A stretch of 64,000 nt of DNA from Polaromonas sp. (GCA_031414215.1 JANNVB010000049.1:14862-78861); one strand, 5' to 3'; counted from the stretch's first letter, positions 36,013 to 46,322 are shown. Notes: generated by a model not told the origin, from the sequence alone. A program made the numbers and translations.

Positions 36013-37236
36013 CTACAGCAAACGGTTATCGGGCAGTTCCACAGTTTCGCCGCTCGAATGGTCAAACCACGCAATTCGGCTGGCGTAGCTGATGGCGGTG
36101 CGCGACATGCGCTGGCCCATGGCAATCGCGTCGGAGCCGCGCGACTCGGGATTTGACACCATCAAAGCGCCGACGCCAATATCTGCCACCCAAAGCGTGC
36201 TTTCTGTCTCAATCCGCGCGGCATCACGGCTGGTGCTCAATGAGACCGAGCGGCGCAGCCGTGCCTCTACGGCTCGGGCCATGTCAATCAACAAGCCACT
36301 TTCTCTGCAATGCGGCATGACCAATACAAACCCGTCGTTTCCTAACCTGCCCATCTCGACATGGCCGGGCACGGTACGGCGCAAACGGGCGGCACACACA
36401 AAAAGTGCGTGGTTCACGGCTGGCGCGCCGTGCAGTTGCTCCAGCGCATACAAATTGGCAATCGTCAGCACCACAATGCCCATGGGTTGCGGCTTGTCAC
36501 GAAAGCTTTTGAACACCGCACCGACCATTTGGCCGGTTTCAGCATGGGAGCGCATGCGCGTCACCGGGTCGTAACTCGGGCCATAAGCCATGAGCTTGTG
36601 GAGTTCAATCAGGTAGGCATAACGCGACCACAGTACCGATGCCATGATGACCATGTACAGCGTGGCAGCCAAAGCGCTGATGGCATGAAGCCGCCAAGAC
36701 ACCCCCAGCGGCTCCAAGGCAATCGCGCTCAGCCCCACCAACGCGACTAGCATGCAGCAAATTGCAAGCACCACCGCCCAAGCCAGGCGGTCACCAGACC
36801 ACGCTTTTTTAAGAGCCGCACCCAACGCAGTCAAACCGAGCAAAGTGGCCGTTGCCGTGCCCAGCATCAAAAACTCCTTGTGTGGCAATTGGAAGCCCCA
36901 GACCAGCACCACCAACAGCAGGCCACCCAAAGCAGCGATGGTGCGGTGCCGCATACGTGGTGATTTTGTAAAACCCAACACAGTCAACAGCAAGTAGGTC
37001 AGCACCACAGAAACAACCATGGTGACAAGCGCCAGGCAGACGGTCTGCGTTTGCGTAGCCCCCATGGGCAACATGCCTAAAAATGCAGCGACATACAAAG
37101 CCGATACCAACGCAGACAAGGCCGCATTCAGCGCGATGCGGCGTAGCGAGCGCGCGTAGGCAAAGGCGGATCCGATCAAGATGCCGACCACCACACCAAA
37201 AAAACAGCCCCACAGGCCAATGGCTAGTTTGTCCAT
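36013..37236 (-). CDS. multi-TM membrane protein with a degenerate GGDEF-like C-terminal domain (paralog 1)
   Basis: About 6-7 N-terminal TM helices. C-terminus DPVTRMRSH...LTIANLYALEQLHG...RLGNDGFVLVM aligns to the GGDEF domain, but GGDEF reads GNDGF and the upstream metal-site Asp is absent. Confidence 0.6.
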   Translation of the reverse strand: MDKLAIGLWGCFFGVVVGILIGSAFAYARSLRRIALNAALSALVSALYVAAFLGMLPMGATQTQTVCLALVTMVVSVVLTYLLLTVLGFTKSPRMRHRTIAALGGLLLVVLVWGFQLPHKEFLMLGTATATLLGLTALGAALKKAWSGDRLAWAVVLAICCMLVALVGLSAIALEPLGVSWRLHAISALAATLYMVIMASVLWSRYAYLIELHKLMAYGPSYDPVTRMRSHAETGQMVGAVFKSFRDKPQPMGIVVLTIANLYALEQLHGAPAVNHALFVCAARLRRTVPGHVEMGRLGNDGFVLVMPHCRESGLLIDMARAVEARLRRSVSLSTSRDAARIETESTLWVADIGVGALMVSNPESRGSDAIAMGQRMSRTAISYASRIAWFDHSSGETVELPDNRLL

Positions 37237-37250
37237 CGCGTCACGTTACA

Positions 37251-38477
37251 TCATGCTCTGGCCTGCAAAACAGGCAGTTCCACAGTTTCACCGCTGGAAT
37301 GGTCAAACCAGGCGATGCGGCTGGCGTAACTGACCGCGGTGCGCGCCAATCGCCGCGCCATCACAATCGCATCTGTGCCGCGAGATTCAGGGTTGACAAT
37401 CATTAGCACACCCACACCGATTTCAGCTACCCACTCGGTGTTGCCACTGCCTAACTGGGATACGTCGCGACTGGTATTGAGCGTGACCGAACGGTGCAGC
37501 CGTGTCTCCAGCGCGCGCGCCAAATCGATGACTTGCTTGCTGTCGGTGCAGTTTTGCATGATGAGCAGAAACCCGTCCGCCCCCAGTCTGCCCATTTCTA
37601 TATGCCGGGGTACCCAACGTCGTAAGCGTGCTGCACATACGAAAAAGGCATTGTTAACCGCAGCAACACCATGCAGTTGCTCCAAAGCGTACAGATTAGC
37701 AATCGTCAGCACCACCACCCCCATGCGCGATGGCTTGTCCCGAAAGTCCTTAAAAATACTACCCACCATTTGTCCGGTTTCTTGATGCGAGCGCATCCGC
37801 GTGACTGGGTCATAGCCTGGGCCGTGTGCCATTACCTCGTGTAACTCAATTAAATACGCATAACGCATCCAAATAACGAAAGCGACTGAAGCCAAATACA
37901 GCGTGGCAGTTCCGGCCGTGATGACATGCACGATCAACAAAGGTTTCCCACGGTTCAGTGCAATCAGGGCCAATCCAACAAACGCCACAAATATACAAAG
38001 TACACTGAAGGCCATAACGCGACCTAGTCGCTCTCCACGCATCGCAATACGAATACTAAATGCCAGTGCGGCTATAGCCAACACGCCGTTGAGAGACAAA
38101 CAGAAAGCAAGCGCCTGAAACGGTGAAAATATCCAGCTCATCGCGAGGATAGCCCCACACAACCCCATCAATACGTAAGCCAAACGCTCGCGTACGTTTG
38201 GCGACTTCAGCATACCCAGAATATTTAACGACTGGTACACGAGAAAGCCAGCGATCAGAGTTGTCAGGTGCGCCAAAAAGCGCGCCAGCGCATCGGGGTC
38301 TTTCAACTGGAAAACTCCCAAAAATGCGACGGTATAAAAAGCCGACATCAATGCCGTCAACGCAGCATTCAGTGAAATGCGGTGCAGGGAACGGGAATAG
38401 GCCACTAACGAGCCCATGAGCATGACCACTGTCATACCAAAAAAGCAGCCCCACAAGCCATGTATCAGTTTTTCCAT
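37251..38477 (-). CDS. multi-TM membrane protein with a degenerate GGDEF-like C-terminal domain (paralog 2)
   Basis: ATG 38477 (MEKLIHGLWGCFFG). Collinear with paralog 1. RLGADGFLLIM in place of GGDEF. Identical tail YASRIAWFDHSSGETVELP. Confidence 0.6.
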   Translation of the reverse strand: MEKLIHGLWGCFFGMTVVMLMGSLVAYSRSLHRISLNAALTALMSAFYTVAFLGVFQLKDPDALARFLAHLTTLIAGFLVYQSLNILGMLKSPNVRERLAYVLMGLCGAILAMSWIFSPFQALAFCLSLNGVLAIAALAFSIRIAMRGERLGRVMAFSVLCIFVAFVGLALIALNRGKPLLIVHVITAGTATLYLASVAFVIWMRYAYLIELHEVMAHGPGYDPVTRMRSHQETGQMVGSIFKDFRDKPSRMGVVVLTIANLYALEQLHGVAAVNNAFFVCAARLRRWVPRHIEMGRLGADGFLLIMQNCTDSKQVIDLARALETRLHRSVTLNTSRDVSQLGSGNTEWVAEIGVGVLMIVNPESRGTDAIVMARRLARTAVSYASRIAWFDHSSGETVELPVLQARA

Positions 38478-38645
38478 CGGGACGAAAGATACCCTGCCCC
38501 GGCTATTGACGCAACCTCTATTTGGAGAAGAGGCCACACACTAAATCACGAAACACGAGCATTTACCTGCTTTACACTTGAATTGTTGTAGGGCCAGCCG
38601 CCCTGATGCCCCTAGTTCTCTTGCTATAGCCTTGTGAGTACGCCC

Positions 38646-39995
38646 ATGTCTGCCGTCTTCAATTTCACCTTTGTGCCCTGGTTTCGCTCGGTAGCGCCAT
38701 ACATCCACACGCATCGGGGCAAAACCTTTGTCGTCGGTATCGCAGGCGAGGCGATTGCTGCAGGCAAGCTGCAGCACATTGCGCAAGACCTGGCGCTGAT
38801 TCAAAGCATGGGCGTCAAAATCGTGCTGGTGCATGGCTTTCGTCCACAAGTCAATGAACAACTGGCAGCCAAAGGTCACGAAGCCAAATACTCCCAAGGC
38901 ATGCGCATTACCGACGAAGTGGCGCTAGACAGCGCGCAAGAAGCCGCAGGCCAGCTGCGCTACGAGATTGAAGCCGCCTTCAGCCAGGGCCTGCCCAACA
39001 CACCGATGGCTGGCGCCACGGTACGGGTGATTTCAGGCAATTTCATCACCGCGCGGCCCGTCGGCATTGTGGATGGCGTGGACTTCAAGCACTCTGGCTT
39101 GGTGCGCAAGGTCGATACCGTGGGCATCATGCGCACTCTCGACTTTGATGCCATGGTGTTGCTGTCACCGTTCGGTTTTTCGCCTACGGGCGAAGCTTTT
39201 AATTTAACGATGGAAGAAGTCGCCACCAGTGTGGCGATTGCACTAGGTGCCGACAAGCTGATCTTTTTGACAGAAATCCCCGGCATCCGCATGAACCCCG
39301 ATGAGCCCGCCAGCGAAGACAACCCGATTGACACCGAGCTGCCACTGGCTGCGGCTGAAAAGCTGCTGGCCAGCTTGCCCAACGCGACCCAACCGCTTGA
39401 TGTCGCGTTTTATTTGCAACACTGCGTCAAAGCCTGCAAATCAGGCGTGGAGCGCAGCCACATCTTGCCGTTTGCAGTCGACGGCGCTCTGCTGCTGGAG
39501 ATTTACGTCCACGACGGCATTGGCACGATGGTGATTGATGAAAAACTAGAGGAACTGCGCGAAGCAACGGCGGATGACGTAGGCGGCATTTTGCAATTGA
39601 TCGAACCGTTTGAAAAAGACGGCACATTGGTCAAACGCGACCGTACTGAAATTGAGCGCGACGCCGACAACTACACCATCATCGAGCACGACGGCGTGAT
39701 TTTTGCCTGCGCCGCCCTGTACCCCTACCCCGAGGCCAAAACAGCCGAGATGGCAGCGCTAACGGTGTCGCCGCAGTCCCAAGGTCAGGGCGACGGCGAA
39801 AAGGTTTTAAAACGCATCGAACAACGCGCTCGTGCCGCAGGCCTGCAAAGCATTTTTGTACTGACCACCCGCACCATGCACTGGTTTATCAAACGCGGCT
39901 TTGTGCAGGTTGACCCTGACTGGCTGCCCGATGCCCGCAAACGCAAGTACAACTGGGACCGCAAGTCGCAGGTGCTGGTGAAAAAGCTGAGTTAA
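38646..39995 (+). CDS. argA: amino-acid N-acetyltransferase (N-acetylglutamate synthase)
   Basis: FRSVAPYIHTHRGKTFVVGIAGEAI...VLVHGFRPQV kinase-like domain plus a C-terminal GNAT domain. ATG 38646 (the track GTG at 38634 is possible). Confidence 0.9.
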   Translation: MSAVFNFTFVPWFRSVAPYIHTHRGKTFVVGIAGEAIAAGKLQHIAQDLALIQSMGVKIVLVHGFRPQVNEQLAAKGHEAKYSQGMRITDEVALDSAQEAAGQLRYEIEAAFSQGLPNTPMAGATVRVISGNFITARPVGIVDGVDFKHSGLVRKVDTVGIMRTLDFDAMVLLSPFGFSPTGEAFNLTMEEVATSVAIALGADKLIFLTEIPGIRMNPDEPASEDNPIDTELPLAAAEKLLASLPNATQPLDVAFYLQHCVKACKSGVERSHILPFAVDGALLLEIYVHDGIGTMVIDEKLEELREATADDVGGILQLIEPFEKDGTLVKRDRTEIERDADNYTIIEHDGVIFACAALYPYPEAKTAEMAALTVSPQSQGQGDGEKVLKRIEQRARAAGLQSIFVLTTRTMHWFIKRGFVQVDPDWLPDARKRKYNWDRKSQVLVKKLS

Positions 39996-40006
39996 GTCAG
40001 GTGAAG

Positions 40007-41080
40007 TCACAGCGACTCAACCAAGCCCATATCAGGCTTTAAAAGCCACCGCTGCCACTCATCAGCCAATTGCTCGCTGGCAGATGTTGCAGTGCTCCAG
40101 GCTTTCACCCGTGCCTGCAAATCAGTCCCGTAACGGGCAAAGTCGGTGCGGTCTGGCAGCTTGCCGTTTGGCAGGGTTTTGACCCAATCCGGGTTCGGTG
40201 CCAGTAGCAGCATATTGTCTAAAAACGGCGTTGCTTTGTGTCGCCACTTTAAGCTTTTGTCCAGCCAGCCCGGCACGACCGATTTTTGAAAATGTGGATA
40301 CAACACAAGCCCATTTGATGCCGCTGGGTAATTCAAGTGCAAATGGTAGTCCGTGATGCCGCCGTCCCAATACGCCCCAGGCGGTGCGCCGGGAATGTCA
40401 CGCACTGAGCGCAGCGCAAACGGTATCGAGCAACTGGCTTGCAGCGCGGGGTTGAAGTTGGCCGCCGTCAGGTCGATTTGGCGCGTACGGTAGTCGCGTG
40501 CATCAAACGGCAGCGCAGCGTTTTGGCTTGAAAACACCACCCGCTCCAGCCAGGCGCCCATGGCCTTGCGGTGCACGCCGTTGCTCAAAAATGCGCCCAG
40601 GTAGCCCAGCGGCGTGGCCACTTTGCGCTCCCTCCGCAAAATGTGCCGCCCGCGCGAGGTGATGATGTGCAGTTTGTAGCGCGGGTGGCTCAAGACATCA
40701 GCCACTTTGCCTGCGTAAAAACGGGCCAGGTTGCGGCCAAACTCCTCGCTCACCGTATCGGCAGACGGAAACTTTTCACCCGGTTTGAGGGCATAGTCTT
40801 GGCGAATGTAGTCGTACTCCAGTTGCTCAAACCCCGCTACTGGATTTGTCAGGCAAGCCGTGGCCATACGCCAGGCGCCAATGGATGCGCCGACCAGATG
40901 GACCTCATGGCTTGATTGCGCCAGCCAGTCCCCAAAAATAAACCTGTCCAGCGGCCCAAGAATCAAACCCTTGGGCCCGCCCGCAGCACCGGGGATGACG
41001 CCAACATCGTGCGGCTGCAGGCCGTTTTGTGCGATGTGCTGCATGGCTTTGGGGCCTGCGTAAATGCGGAGAGCTTGCAT
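40007..41080 (-). CDS. patatin-like phospholipase family protein
   Basis: GAAGGPKG oxyanion region, GASIG nucleophile elbow, and a later DGG (YWDGGITDY). Confidence 0.7.
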   Translation of the reverse strand: MQALRIYAGPKAMQHIAQNGLQPHDVGVIPGAAGGPKGLILGPLDRFIFGDWLAQSSHEVHLVGASIGAWRMATACLTNPVAGFEQLEYDYIRQDYALKPGEKFPSADTVSEEFGRNLARFYAGKVADVLSHPRYKLHIITSRGRHILRRERKVATPLGYLGAFLSNGVHRKAMGAWLERVVFSSQNAALPFDARDYRTRQIDLTAANFNPALQASCSIPFALRSVRDIPGAPPGAYWDGGITDYHLHLNYPAASNGLVLYPHFQKSVVPGWLDKSLKWRHKATPFLDNMLLLAPNPDWVKTLPNGKLPDRTDFARYGTDLQARVKAWSTATSASEQLADEWQRWLLKPDMGLVESL

Positions 41081-41087
41081 GGGTTGA

Positions 41088-43514
41088 CTACTTCTTCAAC
41101 CCAGCCAACTTCCCAAACGCCGAAGCCATCGCTGATGGCACGGCCTGAGGTACTTCTTGTCGGCTGCGGTTTTGATTCTGATTAAACCCAGGCCTTGAGC
41201 CCTCAAAACGGTTATCACGCGGCGCATCACGCCTGGCAGGCGCCTCCCCTAGTTTCATCGTCAGCCCAATCCGCTTGCGGGCCACGTCAATTTCCGTCAC
41301 CCTCACTTTCACGATATCGCCTGTTTTGACGACCTCACGCGCGTCGGTAGTGAACTTGTGGCTGAGCTGGCTGACGTGTACCAGGCCGTCTTGATGCACG
41401 CCGATGTCGATGAATGCGCCGAAGGCTGCGACGTTGCTGACGGTGCCTTCGAGCTCCATGCCTTCACGCAGATCCTTGATGTCTTCCACGCCATCGTTAA
41501 AGCGGGCGACTTTGAAGCTGGGGCGCGGGTCTCGGCCTGGTTTTTCCAGCTCCAGCAAGATGTCTTTGACGGTGATCACGCCAAACTTGTCATTGGCGAA
41601 CAGCTCGGGCTTTAACGTTTTGAGCATGTCGGCGCGGCCCATCAGCTCGGCCACCGGTTTGCCAGTGTGCAGCATGATCTGTTCAACGACAGCATAGGTT
41701 TCGGGGTGAACGCCGGTCATGTCCAGCGGGTTGCTGCTGCCGTTCAAACGTAAAAAGCCTGCGCTTTGCTCAAAGGTTTTTGCGCCCAGGCCTGTCACCT
41801 TCAGCAAGTCAGCCCGGCTGGCAAACGCGCCGTTCGCGTCACGCCAGCGCACGACTGACTTGGCCACGGTTTGGCTCAGACCCGACACCCGCGCCAGCAG
41901 CGGCACGCTGGCGGTATTCAGGTCTACGCCGACGCTGTTCACGCAGTCTTCCACCACGGTGTCCAGGCTACGGGCTAAATCCGACTGGTTCACGTCATGC
42001 TGGTACTGGCCTACACCTATGGATTTTGGGTCAATTTTCACGAGTTCTGCCAACGGGTCTTGCAGGCGGCGCGCAATGCTGGCTGCGCCTCGCAGGCTCA
42101 CGTCCACGTCGGGCATTTCCTGGCTGGCGAACTCGCTGGCCGAATAAACCGATGCGCCAGCTTCACTCACAACTACTTTTTCTACTATGAAATCAGTAGC
42201 TGCTTGCGCCCGTATTGATTGGTCTGGAGCAATATTTGATGTATTTTTTGAGCTCTTTTGGAGCATTTTGATCAAATCTGCAGCCAATTTGTCGGTTTCG
42301 CGGCTGGCGGTGCCATTGCCAATCGCAATCAGGTTCACGCCGTGCTTTTCAGCCAACTTGGCCAGCGTATGCAGCGAGCCGCCCCAGTCTTTGCGCGGCT
42401 CGTGCGGGAAGACGGTGGCCGTTTCAACCAGCTTGCCTGTACTGTCCACCACCGCCACCTTCACCCCCGTGCGTATGCCGGGGTCCAAGCCCATCACCAC
42501 GCGCGGCCCTGCGGGTGCGGCCAACAGCAGGTCGCGCAGGTTGTCGGCAAATACCTTGATGGCGACCTTTTCAGCGTCTTCACGCAACCGGGTGAAAAGG
42601 TCACGCTCCAGTGACAAGCTGAGCTTGACGCGCCAAGCCCAGGCGACGCATTTGCGCAGAAGGTCGTCGGCGGGGCGGGCTCTGTGCGACCAGCCCAAGT
42701 GCAAGGCGATTTTTCCCTCTGCTAAAGAAACCACTGGTCCTTTAACAGGCACATCGCCCAGCGGCGGCTCGGGCAGCAACAGCTTGGCATCCAGAATCTC
42801 CAAACCCCGCCCCCTGAAAACTGCCAGCGCCCGGTGGGACGGCACGCGGCCTATCGGCTCGTCGTAGGCAAAATAGTCGCGAAACTTGGCGTTATCAGCT
42901 AAGTTTTCGTCTTTGCCCGTCACCAGTTTTGAGCTGAACAAGCCTTCAGACCACAACCAGCCGCGCAGCATTTGCACCAGCGCAGCGTCTTCGGCCCAGC
43001 GCTCGCTCAAAATGTCACGCACGCCGTCCAGCACAGCCTGCACGGTGGTGAAGTCGTCGCCCTGCTCGTTTTTGTCTGGCTTCACATACGCCGCAGCTTC
43101 GCCCGCTGGCACAAGCAAAGGATTGGCAAACAGCGCGTCGGCCAGTGGCTCAATGCCCGCCTCACGCGCAATTTGGCCTTTGGTGCGGCGCTTTTGCTTG
43201 TACGGCAGGTACAGGTCTTCCAGGTCTTGCTTGGTGGCAGCCAGCTCAATGGCTGCGCGCAGTTCGGACGTCAGCTTGCCTTGGCTTTCAATGCTGCTCA
43301 GCACGGCTTCACGGCGTTCTGCCAGCTCACGCAGGTAACCCAGGCGGTATTCGAGTTCCCGCAATTGGATGTCGTCCAGCCCGCCAGTGGCTTCTTTGCG
43401 GTAACGGGCAATAAACGGGACTGTTGCGCCGCCGTCCAGCAACTCAACAGCGGTTTTGACCTGATGGTCCTGGACCTTGATTTCGAGCGCGATTTGGCGA
43501 ATGATAGTGTGCAT
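41088..43514 (-). CDS. tex: Tex transcription accessory protein (S1 RNA-binding)
   Basis: ATG 43514 gives MHTIIRQIALEIKVQDHQVKTAVELLDGGATVPFIARYRKEATGGLDD... C-terminal S1 domain GMELEGTVSNVAAFGAFIDIGVHQDGLVHVSQL. The track ORF extension to 43871 is rejected. Carries one repeat in frame. Confidence 0.9.
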   Translation of the reverse strand: MHTIIRQIALEIKVQDHQVKTAVELLDGGATVPFIARYRKEATGGLDDIQLRELEYRLGYLRELAERREAVLSSIESQGKLTSELRAAIELAATKQDLEDLYLPYKQKRRTKGQIAREAGIEPLADALFANPLLVPAGEAAAYVKPDKNEQGDDFTTVQAVLDGVRDILSERWAEDAALVQMLRGWLWSEGLFSSKLVTGKDENLADNAKFRDYFAYDEPIGRVPSHRALAVFRGRGLEILDAKLLLPEPPLGDVPVKGPVVSLAEGKIALHLGWSHRARPADDLLRKCVAWAWRVKLSLSLERDLFTRLREDAEKVAIKVFADNLRDLLLAAPAGPRVVMGLDPGIRTGVKVAVVDSTGKLVETATVFPHEPRKDWGGSLHTLAKLAEKHGVNLIAIGNGTASRETDKLAADLIKMLQKSSKNTSNIAPDQSIRAQAATDFIVEKVVVSEAGASVYSASEFASQEMPDVDVSLRGAASIARRLQDPLAELVKIDPKSIGVGQYQHDVNQSDLARSLDTVVEDCVNSVGVDLNTASVPLLARVSGLSQTVAKSVVRWRDANGAFASRADLLKVTGLGAKTFEQSAGFLRLNGSSNPLDMTGVHPETYAVVEQIMLHTGKPVAELMGRADMLKTLKPELFANDKFGVITVKDILLELEKPGRDPRPSFKVARFNDGVEDIKDLREGMELEGTVSNVAAFGAFIDIGVHQDGLVHVSQLSHKFTTDAREVVKTGDIVKVRVTEIDVARKRIGLTMKLGEAPARRDAPRDNRFEGSRPGFNQNQNRSRQEVPQAVPSAMASAFGKLAGLKK
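42185..42270 (+). repeat. Family-A repeat inside the tex ORF (in frame)
   Basis: ctatgaaatcagtagcTGCTTGCGCCCGTATTGATTGGtctggagcaatatttgatg... Translated on the minus strand as ...MLQKSSKNTSNIAPDQSIRAQAATDFIV... Confidence 0.85.
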
Positions 43515-43638
43515 TTTTTTAATTTTTCTAACCAGAAGATGCATCAACTGACGCTGGAAACATGCATTGTCCCACAGCAAAAACACGCCCACGGGAGAAC
43601 AATCAACCATCGATTTATCGCACCCGCCGGAGAACCCC

Positions 43639-44127
43639 ATGCGCACCAAGTCCCTGCTCTTTATCACCTTTACCCTGCTGATAGCGGCTTTTACCGTTCT
43701 CAATGTGGACGAGTTCACTCGTACCAGCACATTGAGTCTGGGCTTTACCACCATGCAGATGCCCCTTGGGCTGATCATGCTGATGCTGGTGGCTGCCCTG
43801 TTGCTGATTTTTTTGACTTTCGCGCTGTACATGCGCAGCGTGCAGCTGCTTGAAAACCGCAAACAATCCAAAGAACTGACATCGCAACGCGACCTAGCCG
43901 AGAAGGCCGAAAGCTCCCGCTTCAGCCAGCTCCGGGGCTACCTGGAATCGCAGGCGCTGATGTGCAAAAACCGTGAAACCGAAACGATCGCCAACCTGGA
44001 TCGCCGCATGGCACAGACCGAAAAGCATTTGCTGCAGCGTCTGGAGCAATCCGACAAGACCAACGCCGCCTATTGGGGTCAGCATGACGATGCCTTGGCG
44101 CGCAACAGGTTACAGCCTCAACGATAA
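43639..44127 (+). CDS. membrane-anchored coiled-coil protein (LapA/DUF1049-like N-terminus)
   Basis: GGAGAA SD then ATG 43639. Two TM helices (LLFITFTLLIAAFTVL, LIMLMLVAALLLIFLTFALY), then a charged helical tail. Confidence 0.4.
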   Translation: MRTKSLLFITFTLLIAAFTVLNVDEFTRTSTLSLGFTTMQMPLGLIMLMLVAALLLIFLTFALYMRSVQLLENRKQSKELTSQRDLAEKAESSRFSQLRGYLESQALMCKNRETETIANLDRRMAQTEKHLLQRLEQSDKTNAAYWGQHDDALARNRLQPQR

Positions 44128-44205
44128 GCTGGGGCCACTTTAAAGTTGTAAGAAGCCGCCATCCCACACGACAAAACAGAGTTACAACACTTTGTGGAGT
44201 CTTTC

Positions 44206-44955
44206 ATGCGCCAGTCAGTCAATTTTTACACTCCTAAATTAATAGCTGCTTGCACCCTGATCTGTTGGTCTGCAGGCACTTTCGCACAGTCAAACCAGTG
44301 CTCAGTGGCCTCCGGGCCCACCATCACACCCGTGGTCGAGCTGTACACCTCTGAAGGCTGCAGCTCTTGCCCGCCCGCCGACAAATGGGCGTCCAGCCTA
44401 AAAGGCAGCAACACGGTGGTGCAAGCCTTTCATGTCGGTTACTGGGACTACATCGGTTGGGTAGACCGTTTTGCAGCGCCCGCCTACACCCAGCGCCAAC
44501 GCGAGATTGCGGCTAAAAACAATCTGCGCAGCATCTACACCCCGCAAGCCGTACTCGACGGCAAAGACTGGCCGCGCTGGGGGGGCAAGCCTGAAGGCAA
44601 AGAGCCTGCCAAAGCAACAATCACATTGAAGCAACTTGGCACTGACCAGTTTGAAGCCAGCGTCACACCTATCTTGCCCGCCACCAACTGGTCAGCCTAC
44701 TGGACAGTCACCGAGCACGGCCACAACTCCAAGGTGCTGGCGGGCGAAAACAAAGGCGAGTTTTTAAAACACGACTTTGTAGTGCGCCAACTGGTGCAAG
44801 CTGGCGACTACAAAGCGGGCGATACAGCGGCCCAAAAGCTCACCTTCCGCAGCATCGCGCCTACGCCTGGCCACCCGCGCCAGGTCAATTTGGTGGTGTT
44901 TGACGCCAAAACGGGCAAAACCCTGCAGGCGGTGAGCTTGCAGTGCGCCGCGTGA
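44206..44955 (+). CDS. DUF1223-family secreted thioredoxin-like protein
   Basis: ATG 44206 with a GGAG SD. Signal peptide. VELYTSEGCSSCPPADKW motif characteristic of DUF1223. Confidence 0.7.
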   Translation: MRQSVNFYTPKLIAACTLICWSAGTFAQSNQCSVASGPTITPVVELYTSEGCSSCPPADKWASSLKGSNTVVQAFHVGYWDYIGWVDRFAAPAYTQRQREIAAKNNLRSIYTPQAVLDGKDWPRWGGKPEGKEPAKATITLKQLGTDQFEASVTPILPATNWSAYWTVTEHGHNSKVLAGENKGEFLKHDFVVRQLVQAGDYKAGDTAAQKLTFRSIAPTPGHPRQVNLVVFDAKTGKTLQAVSLQCAA

Positions 44956-45017
44956 CCTGTTCTGCACCAATAGCCGCACCCTGACTGTGCCAAATCAGTT
45001 TGGCACATACTTGCTGG

Positions 45018-46247
45018 ATGACCAAAACATCACTCGACAAAGCCCACATCAAATTCCTACTCCTGGAAGGTATTCATCCTTCAGCCGTCAAAGTCCTGCA
45101 AGCAGCGGGCTACAGCAACATCGAAAGCATCAGCGGTGCGCTTGAAGGCCAAGCCTTGTTCGACAAAATTGCCGACGCGCATTTCATTGGCATTCGCTCC
45201 CGCACCCAGCTCACGGCAGACGTTTTTGCACACGCCCACAAGCTGGCCGCCGTTGGTTGCTTTTGCATTGGCACCAATCAGGTTGACCTGAACGCCGCGC
45301 GTGAAAAAGGCATTGCGGTGTTCAACGCACCGTTTTCAAACACCCGCTCGGTGGCCGAGCTGGTGTTGGCCGAGGCTATTTTGCTGCTGCGCGGCGTGCC
45401 GGAAAAAAGCGCGGTAGCTCACCGTGGCGGCTGGCAAAAGTCGGCCGACAACTCGTATGAGATTCGCGGTAAAACGCTGGGCATCGTCGGCTACGGATCC
45501 ATTGGTACGCAGTTGTCGGTATTGGCTGAAGGCCTGGGCATGCAGGTAGTGTTTTACGACGTGGTGACCAAGCTGGCATTGGGCAACGCGCGTCAAATCC
45601 CCGCGCTCAACGATTTGCTGGCCATGTCAGATGTGGTTAGCCTGCATGTGCCTGAGCTGCCCAGTACCCAGTGGATGATGGGCGCGGCGCAAATCGCCGC
45701 CATGAAGCCAGGGGCTGTGCTGATCAATGCCTCACGCGGGACGGTGGTGGAGATTGAGCCGCTGGCCGACGCATTGAAAGCCAAAAAACTCCTGGGTGCA
45801 GCGATTGACGTGTTTCCAGAAGAGCCCAGCAGCAACAAAGAGCCGTTTGAATCCCCCCTGCGCGGGCTAGACAACGTGATACTCACCCCGCACGTGGGCG
45901 GCTCCACCATCGAGGCGCAAGAAAACATTGGCATTGAAGTAGCTGAAAAGCTGGTCAAGTATTCCGACAACGGCACGTCAACCTCGTCGGTCAACTTTCC
46001 GGAAGTCGCCCTGCCCGCCCACCCCGGCAAGCACCGCTTGCTGCACATCCACCGCAACGTGCCGGGCGTGCTGCAGCAGATCAACACCGTGTTTGGTGCC
46101 AACCACATCAACATTGCGTCCCAGTACCTGCAAACCCATGGCGACATCGGCTATGTGGTGATCGATATTGACGCCGCGCATTCTGATGTGGCGCTGGCCA
46201 GTTTGCATGACGTGACGGGGACGATTCGCAGCCGTGTGTTGTTTTAA
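45018..46247 (+). CDS. serA: D-3-phosphoglycerate dehydrogenase (long form with ACT domain)
   Basis: Collinear with E. coli SerA throughout (KIKFLLLEGIH..., GIVGYGSIGTQL, NASRGTVV, TPHVGGST, ...IRSRVLF). ATG 45018. Confidence 0.9.
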   Translation: MTKTSLDKAHIKFLLLEGIHPSAVKVLQAAGYSNIESISGALEGQALFDKIADAHFIGIRSRTQLTADVFAHAHKLAAVGCFCIGTNQVDLNAAREKGIAVFNAPFSNTRSVAELVLAEAILLLRGVPEKSAVAHRGGWQKSADNSYEIRGKTLGIVGYGSIGTQLSVLAEGLGMQVVFYDVVTKLALGNARQIPALNDLLAMSDVVSLHVPELPSTQWMMGAAQIAAMKPGAVLINASRGTVVEIEPLADALKAKKLLGAAIDVFPEEPSSNKEPFESPLRGLDNVILTPHVGGSTIEAQENIGIEVAEKLVKYSDNGTSTSSVNFPEVALPAHPGKHRLLHIHRNVPGVLQQINTVFGANHINIASQYLQTHGDIGYVVIDIDAAHSDVALASLHDVTGTIRSRVLF

Positions 46248-46263
46248 CGTATTTTGAAATTTC

Positions 46264-46322
46264 GCTGTATAAAAAATAGCTGCCTGCACCCGTATTCATT
46301 GGACTAAAGGCCTATTTGTACC
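46264..46322 (+). repeat. Family-A repeat, solo end
   Basis: gctgtataaaaaatagcTGCCTGCACCCGTATTCATTGGactaaaggcctatttgtacc. Confidence 0.8.

Noticed and set aside
43515-43871. 119-codon N-terminal extension of the tex ORF in the track. Similar extensions: 15695-15874 for the decarboxylase, 28811-29101 for cbiX, 27795-27917 for lptG, 3706-3846 for fabI, and 54753-54860 for Crp/Fnr-2.
   Set aside because: The conserved protein N-termini start at internal ATGs with plausible SD sequences or translational coupling. The extensions overlap neighbouring genes or promoters and have junk-like sequence.
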